Part shown: in pieces, positions 25,762-33,679 of the stretch | How the letters are laid out: each line of letters opens with the position of its first letter | How positions within the stretch are numbered: position 1 is the stretch's first letter | From: Acidimicrobiales bacterium | Lineage (GTDB): Bacteria; Actinomycetota; Acidimicrobiia; Acidimicrobiales; JAHWKP01 | Reading direction: 5' to 3' | DNA: 64,000 bases | Assembly: GCA_035526705.1 (NCBI GenBank) | Contig: DATLBX010000053.1 | Location: forward strand, 3,695-67,694 | Program-made: the position numbers and the translations under genes | Notes under the pieces: generated by a model | What the model was told of the DNA's origin: nothing | What the model saw: the letters and a program-made list of their open reading frames with translations, nothing else | The model's database searches: none

Positions 25762-28509
25762 GTGGCCGGGCGGGACACCTTCCTCGCCAAGCTGGGCTTT
25801 CCGCCCGACCCCTTCCAACTCAAGGCGATGGACGCCATCGATGACGGCACGTCCGTCGTGGTCGCGGCGCCAACGGGTGCGGGCAAGACAGTCGTCGCGG
25901 AATACGCGGTAGCCAAGGCGCTCGAGCAGGGCGCGAAGGCGTTCTACACGACGCCGCTAAAGGCGCTCTCCAACCAGAAATTCGGCGACCTCGTGGCGCG
26001 CCACGGCAGTGAGCAGGTAGGCCTGCTGACCGGCGACAACTCGATCAACGGCGACGCTCCGATCGTGGTGATGACGACCGAAGTGCTGCGCAACATGATC
26101 TACGCAGCCTCGCCGACCTTGGACGGCCTTCGCTGGGTCGTGCTCGACGAAGTGCACTTCCTGCAGGACGCCTACCGCGGGCCTGTGTGGGAAGAGGTAA
26201 TCATCCACGCGCCACGCGAGATCGGACTCGTCTGTCTCTCCGCCACGGTGTCGAACGCGGAGGATCTAGCTGCGTGGGTCGGGACCGTGAGGGGCGCGGC
26301 GCTGGCTGTCATCGAGGAGCATCGTCCTGTCGAGCTACGCAACCTCTATCTCCTGGGAGATCGGCGGACCCGGCAGCTCCACCTGCTGCCGACGTTCGTC
26401 GACGGCATGCCGAACCCTGAGGCTGACCGCTTCGACAATCAGGCGGCGCGCAGCAGCGGGCCGCGTCAACGGTACGGCGGCGGCCATCGCGCCCCCGTCG
26501 CGACGCCTCGCCGGCCGGAGGTGGTCGAGCTTCTCTCCGACGAGGACATGTTGCCGGCGATCTATTTCATCTTCAGTCGTGCGGCATGCGACGACGCCGT
26601 GCGCCAGTGCGTGGAGTACGGCATTCGGTTGACCAACCCGGAGGAACGCAAGCGGATCCGCCGGATCGCCGAGGCCAAAGTGGAGCGGCTGTCCGACGAG
26701 GACCTGCGGGTCCTCGATTACGGCGGCTGGCTGAACGCACTGGAGTCCGGGTTGGCCGCGCATCACGCCGGACTCGTTCCTCCCTTCAAAGAGGCGGTCG
26801 AAGCCTGCTTCTCCGCAGCACTCGTCAAGGTGGTCTTCGCGACGGAAACCCTGGCCGTGGGAATCAACATGCCGGCGCGGACGGTCGTCATCGAAAAGCT
26901 CTCGAAGTTCACCGGCGCCAGCCACCAATTTCTGACGCCGGGGGAGTACACCCAGCTGACCGGCCGCGCTGGTCGTCGCGGTATCGACGAGTTGGGCCAC
27001 GCCATCGTGCTGTGGTCGCCCTTCGTGCCTTTCGATCAGGTTGCCAACCTCGCCGGCACGCGGTCGTACGCCCTGGTCTCGGCATTCCGCCCGACGTACA
27101 ACATGGCGACCAACCTGGTTCGCAGATACGAGCCCGATACCGCCCATCATCTGCTGAACCTTTCGTTCGCGCAGTATCGCAGCGATGCGGTAGTGGTGCG
27201 GCTCGAGGCGGAGCTGGAGAAGCTGAGGCGCGACGCCCGCAAAGCGCGCGAGCGAGCGGTCTGCCAGCTGGGTGATGTGGGCGAGTGGCGCGATCTGAGA
27301 TCAGAGGAGGCCCAAACCCGGCGCAAGCGGGTCGACGACAACTCCGTCGAGGTGAAGGCCGCGTTCGGCCGGCTGAGGCTCGGCGACATTGTCATTGTTC
27401 CGGGGCGAGGTCGCGTCGCGGTCATCGCCACCTCGCAACGCCGTCACGGCGACATACGTCTGCGCGCCCTTACCCCTGATCGGCGCGTCCTCTCCCTGGG
27501 TCCCAGGGACTTCGGCGAGCCTCCGCTGGCGGCCGGGCGCGTGGACCTGCCCAAGCCGTTTGCGCCGCGCAGCCCCGCCTTCCAACGCAGCGTGGCGGTT
27601 GCTCTCGAAAAGGCGCGACTGAAGGCTGGTGCGGAAAGTGGCTCCGATGAGCGACCTCGGCGGCGGCGGCGCGGCGAGGACGCGCCCATCCGCGTGAACC
27701 GCTCCGCGGAGCACCCCGTGGCCCAATGCCCCGAGGCCGGCGCCCACCTCCGATACCTCTCCCGTGCGGAGCGACTGGAAGGCGAAGTCCGCCGCACCGA
27801 GCAGCGCATTCGTTCCCGAGCCGAGTCACTGGCGCGCCAACTCGATCGGGTGATGCGACTGCTCGGGAATTGGGGATACGTCGATGGCTGGGCTCTCACC
27901 GAGGCGGGCGATCGACTGGCGCGGATTTACCACGAGTGCGATTTGCTGGTGGCAGAGGCTGTCCGGGAGGCGATGTGGGACGGTCTCAATGCGGCGGAGG
28001 CCGCCGCGCTGGCTTCGATGTTCACCTACGAGCCGCGCGGACCTGGACCGCACCCTCAAGCCCGACTCCCCTCGGCGCCACTTAGACATGCGTGGTCGCG
28101 GGTGGAGTCGCTCGGACGCGATCTCCGTAAGGCCGAGGAAGAGGCCGGGCTCGCGGTCACCCGCGCCCCGGACCCCGGCTTCGCCCAGGCGGCCTACGAG
28201 TGGTGCCGCGGTCACGATCTCTCCGACATTCTCGAAAACGCTCCGGTCGCGACCGCTGGAGACTTCGTCCGCAACATTCGCCAACTGATGGATCTCGTGC
28301 GCCAACTCGCACAGGTCGTCACCGATCGCGACGCGAGCAGGGCCCTGCGCGAGGCCGCAGACCGGATGTTCCACGGAGTAATCGCCGCATCCGAACCGAT
28401 TTCGCTGGCGGCCGGGCACCCCAACCCAGCCGCGGCCGAGCGTGGGACCCCACCCACGCCGGCGGTATCTCGGGCGGCCGGGCACCCCAACCCAGCCGCG
28501 CCCGAGTAG
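25762..28509 (+). CDS. helY: Ski2-like DEAD/DEAH-box RNA helicase HelY
   Basis: AAPTGAGKT, DEVH, SAT, HHAGL, QLTGRAGRRG. Syntenic with Rv2092c after pafBC. The last ~35 codons are read-through of a dispersed repeat. Confidence 0.85.
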   Translation: MAGRDTFLAKLGFPPDPFQLKAMDAIDDGTSVVVAAPTGAGKTVVAEYAVAKALEQGAKAFYTTPLKALSNQKFGDLVARHGSEQVGLLTGDNSINGDAPIVVMTTEVLRNMIYAASPTLDGLRWVVLDEVHFLQDAYRGPVWEEVIIHAPREIGLVCLSATVSNAEDLAAWVGTVRGAALAVIEEHRPVELRNLYLLGDRRTRQLHLLPTFVDGMPNPEADRFDNQAARSSGPRQRYGGGHRAPVATPRRPEVVELLSDEDMLPAIYFIFSRAACDDAVRQCVEYGIRLTNPEERKRIRRIAEAKVERLSDEDLRVLDYGGWLNALESGLAAHHAGLVPPFKEAVEACFSAALVKVVFATETLAVGINMPARTVVIEKLSKFTGASHQFLTPGEYTQLTGRAGRRGIDELGHAIVLWSPFVPFDQVANLAGTRSYALVSAFRPTYNMATNLVRRYEPDTAHHLLNLSFAQYRSDAVVVRLEAELEKLRRDARKARERAVCQLGDVGEWRDLRSEEAQTRRKRVDDNSVEVKAAFGRLRLGDIVIVPGRGRVAVIATSQRRHGDIRLRALTPDRRVLSLGPRDFGEPPLAAGRVDLPKPFAPRSPAFQRSVAVALEKARLKAGAESGSDERPRRRRRGEDAPIRVNRSAEHPVAQCPEAGAHLRYLSRAERLEGEVRRTEQRIRSRAESLARQLDRVMRLLGNWGYVDGWALTEAGDRLARIYHECDLLVAEAVREAMWDGLNAAEAAALASMFTYEPRGPGPHPQARLPSAPLRHAWSRVESLGRDLRKAEEEAGLAVTRAPDPGFAQAAYEWCRGHDLSDILENAPVATAGDFVRNIRQLMDLVRQLAQVVTDRDASRALREAADRMFHGVIAASEPISLAAGHPNPAAAERGTPPTPAVSRAAGHPNPAAPE
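28408..28506 (+). repeat. Dispersed GC-rich repeat, copy C (module 1 - module 2 - module 1), inside the helY 3' end
   Basis: GCGGCCGGGCACCCCAACCCAGCCGCGGCCGAGCGTGGGACCCCACCCACGCCGGCGG, then 8 nt, then a second GCGGCCGGGCACCCCAACCCAGCCGCG. Confidence 0.85.
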
Positions 28510-28512
28510 ACG

Positions 28513-29130
28513 ATGCCGATCGCCAAGGGCGAGAACTGGGGGGAGGCCGGTGCGTTTCCGAGCGGAGCGCCCATCCTCGGCAGCGACGCTGAGGTGGCGC
28601 GCACTATCGAGCGCGCGAGGGGGGAGCGCCGAGATCGGCCGGTCTGCGGACTGACAGGGGGCGACCTGTGGCGAACGCTTGGCGCGCCCCCGGGCGGGGT
28701 GGATCGACTTCGCTCCGGGACCGCCACGCGCGCGGTGGTCGATGTCGGGTGGGTCCGGCTCGACGATCGCGACCTGGACCACGCCTTCGTCGCCCACTGT
28801 GTGGCGCGAACCCGCCTCTGGTCCGAGGTGCTGGCGGTCATGAACGCCGAATGGCTCGGCGACTGGGACGTCGCCCCAAAGAGTCACCCGGGCGATGGCT
28901 GGCTCGACGTCACCGACACGGAATTGTCCTGGGCGGAGCGTCGGAAGGTGCGGGACCGGCTGCCTACGGGCACGCACCTCCCGCACCCGGACGTGAGGAC
29001 GTGGCGGGTGCATGAGGCGGAGTTCGAGTTCGACCGGCCCCGCCGTTTGTACGTCGACGGCGCCCCTCTCTCCAGCGCTCGACGCCTGGAAATTCGGGTC
29101 GAACCCGCATCCCTTACCGTCCTGGTCTGA
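28513..29130 (+). CDS. Hypothetical protein with degenerate diacylglycerol-kinase-like features
   Basis: GLTGGDLW (degenerate GGDGT position) and HPGDGWLDV (resembles the DAGK-family DGxLDV motif). 205 aa, too short for a full DAGK catalytic fold. Confidence 0.4.
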   Translation: MPIAKGENWGEAGAFPSGAPILGSDAEVARTIERARGERRDRPVCGLTGGDLWRTLGAPPGGVDRLRSGTATRAVVDVGWVRLDDRDLDHAFVAHCVARTRLWSEVLAVMNAEWLGDWDVAPKSHPGDGWLDVTDTELSWAERRKVRDRLPTGTHLPHPDVRTWRVHEAEFEFDRPRRLYVDGAPLSSARRLEIRVEPASLTVLV

Positions 29131-29151
29131 GGCCGTAGTCTCCAAAGCGGG

Positions 29152-30780
29152 ATGCTGCCGTACGCCGCAGAGACCTGGACCGAAGGTGAAGCGGAGGTCC
29201 TGCGTCGCTATTTCACGAACTTGGACGGACCGGTGTTCGCGGTCACCAACCTCCCTGAGGTCGTAAAGGGGGCGCTCTTCGCGCGGTACTCGCGCTCGCC
29301 CAAGAGTCTGCGACGGTTGTTCCTCGACGAGTTCGTGGGCGACCTCGATATCAGCGGCGACGTGACGATCGACGCCACCGTCGGCCTGCGTCGTGCCGAG
29401 GAGCTGTACGAGCGGGTCTTCGTCGAGTACGGCGACGACTCGGTTGCGCAGCTGGGCGGGGTGCATCTGGCCTGCGAGCAGGCCTCCAACCTGCTGACCA
29501 AGGTGCTCGAGTGGGGCCGCCTGATGGCCTACATGGAGCAGTCGACTCGCTACATCTCCTACGACGCCCGCTTGGCCAACGGTCGCTACCGCTATTTCCG
29601 CGACCCCGATCTGCTGGACTCCGGTCTGGGCGCCCGCTATGTGGGCGACATGGACCGAATCTTCGATGCCTATGCCGCGGCTTTGCCGCGCGCCCAGCAG
29701 TGGTTTACGAAGGCCCACCCGCGCCAGGCGGGCGACTCGGACTTCGTCCACCGGCAGTCCGTGCGGGCCAAGGCCTTCGACACGCTTCGCGGGATGCTGC
29801 CCGCGGCGGCGCTTTCGAATGTCGGGATCTACGGAACGGGCCAGGCGTACGAAATGCTGCTCATCCGCATGAGGAGCCACCCCCTCCCGGAAGCCCGGGC
29901 TTATGCGGATCTCATGCTCGAAGAGCTCGACAAGGTCATTCCGTCTTTCGTCAAGCGCGTGGCCATTCCCGAACGAGGCGGCGCGTGGAGCGACTACCTG
30001 GCGTCGACCCGCTCGGCCATGCATGACGTGGCCGACCAGGTGCTGGCCGAGGAGGAGCCCGCCCCCCGTCCTGCGGTCACGTTGGTGGATTACGACCCGG
30101 AGGGCGAGGACCGGATCGTCGCCGCCATGCTCTACGCCTACTCCGACCTACCCGACGATCAACTCCTGGACCGTGCGAAACGATTGTCGGCCGACGAGAA
30201 GGCATCCGTCGTGCGGGCGTACGTCGGCGAGCGGGGCAACCGCCGGCACCGCCCCGGACGGGCCTTCGAGGCGAGCGCGTACCGCTTCGACATCCTCTCG
30301 GACTACGGCGCCTTCAGAGACCTCCAGCGGCACCGGTTGTTGACGATCGAATGGCAGGAGCTGAGCCCCCGGCACGGATACGAGATGCCGGCCGCCGTCG
30401 ACGACGCTGGCCTCGGCGAGGAGTTCAGAGGCTGCATGGAGCGCGCCGAGGGGCTCTACGAGGCGCTGCACGACGAGTTCACTCCGCAGGCTGCCTACGC
30501 GGTCACTCTGGCCCACCGGGTCCGGTACGTGATGCAGATGAATGCTCGCGAGGCGATGCACGTAATCGAATTGCGCACCACTCCGCAGGGACATCAGTCC
30601 TACCGGGCCATCTGCCAGGAGATGCACCGACTCATTGCCGAACAGGCGGGTCACCGCGTGATAGCCGACGCGATGCGGTTCGTGGACCACGGTTCCTACG
30701 ACCTCGAGCGACTCGATTCCGAGCGTCGCGCTGAGGCGAAGCGCACAGCGCGCGCCGAGCGTGGCGGGCCTGACGCGTAA
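29152..30780 (+). CDS. Long ThyX-like (FAD-dependent thymidylate synthase family) protein
   Basis: 542 aa. FARYSRSPKS in the N-terminal half. FRDLQRHRLLTIEWQELSPRHGY and HVIELRTTPQGH in the C-terminal half resemble the ThyX RHR...S...RY motif. Family call is from memory. Confidence 0.55.
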   Translation: MLPYAAETWTEGEAEVLRRYFTNLDGPVFAVTNLPEVVKGALFARYSRSPKSLRRLFLDEFVGDLDISGDVTIDATVGLRRAEELYERVFVEYGDDSVAQLGGVHLACEQASNLLTKVLEWGRLMAYMEQSTRYISYDARLANGRYRYFRDPDLLDSGLGARYVGDMDRIFDAYAAALPRAQQWFTKAHPRQAGDSDFVHRQSVRAKAFDTLRGMLPAAALSNVGIYGTGQAYEMLLIRMRSHPLPEARAYADLMLEELDKVIPSFVKRVAIPERGGAWSDYLASTRSAMHDVADQVLAEEEPAPRPAVTLVDYDPEGEDRIVAAMLYAYSDLPDDQLLDRAKRLSADEKASVVRAYVGERGNRRHRPGRAFEASAYRFDILSDYGAFRDLQRHRLLTIEWQELSPRHGYEMPAAVDDAGLGEEFRGCMERAEGLYEALHDEFTPQAAYAVTLAHRVRYVMQMNAREAMHVIELRTTPQGHQSYRAICQEMHRLIAEQAGHRVIADAMRFVDHGSYDLERLDSERRAEAKRTARAERGGPDA

Positions 30781-30829
30781 GGGTCGACCGCCCAAGCCCG
30801 AAAATTCGAGCGAACTTTCTCACACATGG

Positions 30830-30865
30830 CCTGACCTGCCGCGATGTGTTGCGCCGCAGGTCAGG
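30830..30865 (+). terminator. GC-rich hairpin downstream of the ThyX-like gene (candidate intrinsic terminator)
   Basis: CCTGACCTGC (30830-30839) pairs with GCAGGTCAGG (30856-30865), plus an inner GCG/CGC. Followed by gcccctttctcc, a weak T tract. Confidence 0.35.
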
Positions 30866-31111
30866 GCCCCTTTCTCCGATTTGACCGACGGGATCATTCG
30901 TGGCAGAAATAGCGAGCCGGCAACGCCTCTGTCCGCTTGGTCGTGGGCATCGGGAACATCCCGATGGCGGTGGTCGGAAATCTCGGGGCGGGTCCGGGAG
31001 ATCGAGTAGAGAACGTCCCCCGTTAAATCGAGGGGGGATGGCACCAAAGATCTCCTGGACTCCCTCGTTGCCGGGCCATTTGCGTTGGTCCGCTCGTTAC
31101 TGTGAGCGCCC

Positions 31112-31615
31112 GTGGCCCGCACCCCCCGCAGCTGGTTTCCGCTCCTCGCCGCCTTCGTCGGCGTCGTCGCCGCAGTAACCATCGCCTCTGTTCTTCTGGG
31201 GGAGCGCTCGGAAAGAGTGGAACGCGCCGACCTGGAAGAGGCGGCCGGCGACTTCGCGGTGGCCCTCTTGTCCTACGACAGCGCGAACCTGGAAGCCGCC
31301 AGAGCCCGGATGCGGCCGCTGGCCACCGACAAGTTCTTTGCCAACTACGAAGCGACTCTGGCCGCCCTGGCCGAGGTGAACTCCAAAGCTGAGGGAAGGG
31401 CGAGCGAAATTCTGGTGGGGCGGACGAAGGCCGGGCGGGCCGCGGTGGTAGTGGTGACCGAATCGACTGCCCAGACCGCCAATGGGCCTCGAGCGAACCG
31501 CGGCACATATTTGCGGCTCGAGCTGGTTCTACGAGCAGGCGGGTGGCGGGTCGACCAGGTTGTCGAGTTGGCTGCCGGACGCTCCGAAGGCGCGGAGCCC
31601 CCTTCCGAGGAATAG
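31112..31615 (+). CDS. Membrane-anchored hypothetical protein (167 aa)
   Basis: GTG start. N-terminal TM WFPLLAAFVGVVAAVTIASVLL followed by a soluble domain. No confident family. Confidence 0.5.
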   Translation: MARTPRSWFPLLAAFVGVVAAVTIASVLLGERSERVERADLEEAAGDFAVALLSYDSANLEAARARMRPLATDKFFANYEATLAALAEVNSKAEGRASEILVGRTKAGRAAVVVVTESTAQTANGPRANRGTYLRLELVLRAGGWRVDQVVELAAGRSEGAEPPSEE

Positions 31616-31694
31616 GCGCTAGGGCCGGCGATCCGCTGGTTTGGAAGGGGATGCGAACTTGGCCCCAGGCGACCCTTCTATGATCCCGCCCGAT

Positions 31695-32183
31695 ATGGCA
31701 AGAAAGACGGCGGTGACCGATGTCGACCCTGAAGACGACCCTGAAGACGAAATTGACGATGACGTCGAGGAGTTGGTAGCGGAGCCGGCCGACCTGGAGG
31801 AGATCGACGACCCCGACGAGGTCGTCGATTTGGCTGACGACGACGTCGAAGACGACGCGGTGCTCGTGGACGACGAGGAGGACGACGCGGAGGTCGCCCC
31901 CGTCGCAGAGACCGCCGGTGACGACGACGACGAAGAGGACGACGACGAAGGCGACGATGTCGAAGCCAGCCTGGACGTGATCCTCAAGGAACGGCTCGTC
32001 CAGGTGGATGAAGACGAAGAGGATGAGGACGAGCCGAACGATCCGGAGGACAAAGCCGCGCCCGACGGAGCCAAGGTGCTGCCCAAACAGCCGAAGGAGT
32101 TCGTCTGCCAGTCCTGCTTCCTCGTGAAGCATCCGAGCCAGATGGCTGATTCCAAGCGCCAGCTCTGCCGGGACTGTGTCTGA
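31695..32183 (+). CDS. DUF4193-like acidic protein with C-terminal zinc ribbon
   Basis: Asp/Glu-rich body. C-terminus KEFVCQSCFLVKHPSQMADSKRQLCRDCV matches DUF4193 as recalled. Start ambiguous (31641 TTG, 31680 or 31695 ATG). Confidence 0.6.
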   Translation: MARKTAVTDVDPEDDPEDEIDDDVEELVAEPADLEEIDDPDEVVDLADDDVEDDAVLVDDEEDDAEVAPVAETAGDDDDEEDDDEGDDVEASLDVILKERLVQVDEDEEDEDEPNDPEDKAAPDGAKVLPKQPKEFVCQSCFLVKHPSQMADSKRQLCRDCV

Positions 32184-32712
32184 ACTGAACGAGCGCTCAC
32201 CCCTGGACGAGGCACTCGACCTCTTCGTCTACGCGCCGGTCGGGCTGGCCCTAACTGCGGCCGAGGAGTTACCCAAGATGATCGAGAGGGGTCGCGACGT
32301 TCTGGGCTCGAGTGTCGACGCGGCGCGGGTGATTGGTCGGGTCGCGGTGAATCAAGGCAAGGTCGAGATGTCGCGCATCGCCTCCCAGTGGAACGACCTC
32401 GGCGCGGTGCTTCGATCGGGCGCGATGAGCACACGCCCGCCGGCTCGTCGCGACGACGCGCCCGCGGCGCGGCACGATGCCACCGCCGCCCCGGCCCCCA
32501 CCAGTCCCGCCGTTCGCCCCACGAAGCGGGCCGTTCCCGCCCCGGCGAATCTCGGTATTTCTGGCTACGAATCGTTGTCCGCCTCGCAGGTCGTGAGTCG
32601 GCTCGATGGCCTCACTTCTGAGCAGCGGGCGGCGGTCAAGGAGTACGAGTCGTCGACGCGGGGTCGCCGCACCATCCTCGGCCGTATCGCCCAGATCGAG
32701 TCCGGCGCGTAG
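32176..32712 (+). CDS. Conserved hypothetical protein (178 aa)
   Basis: GTG start overlapping the upstream stop. Ala/Pro-rich linker. C-terminal YESLSASQVVSRLDGLTSEQRAAVKEYESSTRGRRTILGRI helix-hairpin-like motif. Confidence 0.5.
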   Translation: MSELNERSPLDEALDLFVYAPVGLALTAAEELPKMIERGRDVLGSSVDAARVIGRVAVNQGKVEMSRIASQWNDLGAVLRSGAMSTRPPARRDDAPAARHDATAAPAPTSPAVRPTKRAVPAPANLGISGYESLSASQVVSRLDGLTSEQRAAVKEYESSTRGRRTILGRIAQIESGA

Positions 32713-32714
32713 GC

Positions 32715-33239
32715 GTGGAGGCGGCGCGCACGCCTCGGGAGGACGAGCTTCCTCGCATCGCAGAGCTCCATCGCCTGGCCGTGACCTCCACCTTGCCTGA
32801 GCGCGGAGGAGAGGTGTTCGCAGCGCGAGAGACGCAGGGCGAGCCGTTGGTCGACTGGCTACAGAGCCGTTTGTCCGTCGGGGGACTGTGGGCCGGCACG
32901 ATCGACGACACGGTCGTCGGTTACGCGGTGGCCGCCATCGAAGAAGCCAGAGCGGACGTGCGATTGGCGCGTATCGAGGCACTGTTCGTGGAGCAAGAGG
33001 CCCGTGGTGTCGGCGTGGGCGCGGCGCTGATGTCCGTGATCTTGGAGTGGTCGGCTGAAAATGGGTGCACCGGCGTCGACGCTTGGGCTCTGCCGGGGGA
33101 TCGCAGCACGAAGAACTTTTTCGAGGGCAGCGGGTTCAGCGCCCGCCTCCTGACGATGCACCACAGCTTCGGTCCCAAGCGAGAACGACCGGAGCGAGAG
33201 GGCGGTCTGGTCCGACAGAGCGGCCCTGCGGTTCAATGA
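32715..33239 (+). CDS. GNAT family N-acetyltransferase
   Basis: FVEQEARGVGVGAALM (acetyl-CoA binding Q/RxxGxG/A). 174 aa. Confidence 0.75.
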   Translation: MEAARTPREDELPRIAELHRLAVTSTLPERGGEVFAARETQGEPLVDWLQSRLSVGGLWAGTIDDTVVGYAVAAIEEARADVRLARIEALFVEQEARGVGVGAALMSVILEWSAENGCTGVDAWALPGDRSTKNFFEGSGFSARLLTMHHSFGPKRERPEREGGLVRQSGPAVQ

Positions 33240-33679
33240 GCGCGCCCAGACCCGAAGTCTGCGTCGGTGCCGTGGCCGTCGACGCAGAGCGACTGCTTAT
33301 GGTGCGGCGGGGGAGGGGCCCCGCAGCCGGAGACTGGTCGATTCCCGGAGGCCGCGTGGAACCGGGCGAGACCCTGGCCGAAGCGGTCGTGCGGGAGCTG
33401 GAGGAGGAAACGGGGATCGAAGGGGTGTGCGGTCCGCTGATCGGCTGGGTGGAGAACATCGACGACGACCACCATTTCGTGATCCTCGACTTCGAGGTAG
33501 ACGTGCTGGAGGGGACGGAGCCGGTTGCGGGCGACGACGCGGTCGAAGCCCGTTGGGTGCCGCTAGGAGAGATCTCCGAGCTGACCGTCGTCTCCGGGTT
33601 GCTCGAGTTCCTGCACGAGAACGGGATCATCGACGTGATCGCTGCGGACGCCGAGGGAATCGAGCTGCTCGGGATCTGA
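33236..33679 (+). CDS. NUDIX hydrolase
   Basis: ATG at 33236 overlaps the GNAT stop (ATGA). Nudix box GGRVEPGETLAEAVVRELEEETGI. Confidence 0.85.
   Translation: MSAPRPEVCVGAVAVDAERLLMVRRGRGPAAGDWSIPGGRVEPGETLAEAVVRELEEETGIEGVCGPLIGWVENIDDDHHFVILDFEVDVLEGTEPVAGDDAVEARWVPLGEISELTVVSGLLEFLHENGIIDVIAADAEGIELLGI

Noticed and set aside
28408-28506. Direct repeat GCGGCCGGGCACCCCAACCCAGCCGCG occurring twice ~40 nt apart, considered as a possible mini CRISPR array.
   Set aside because: There are only two units. The intervening sequence is itself module 2 of the dispersed repeat family found elsewhere. No cas genes are present, and the region is inside the helY reading frame.
27826-30024. Very long (732 aa) minus-strand ORF spanning the end of helY, the DAGK-like ORF and the ThyX-like gene.
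   Set aside because: It is antisense to three plus-strand genes that carry clear family motifs. Its translation is Arg/Gly/Val/His-rich with no recognisable domain. This is typical of the stop-poor antisense frames seen in high-GC genomes.
31730-32050. Long GAC/GAG/GAA-rich stretch resembling a nucleotide microsatellite.
   Set aside because: It is an in-frame acidic low-complexity region of the DUF4193-like protein (D/E runs) with irregular codon order. It is not a true tandem DNA repeat.
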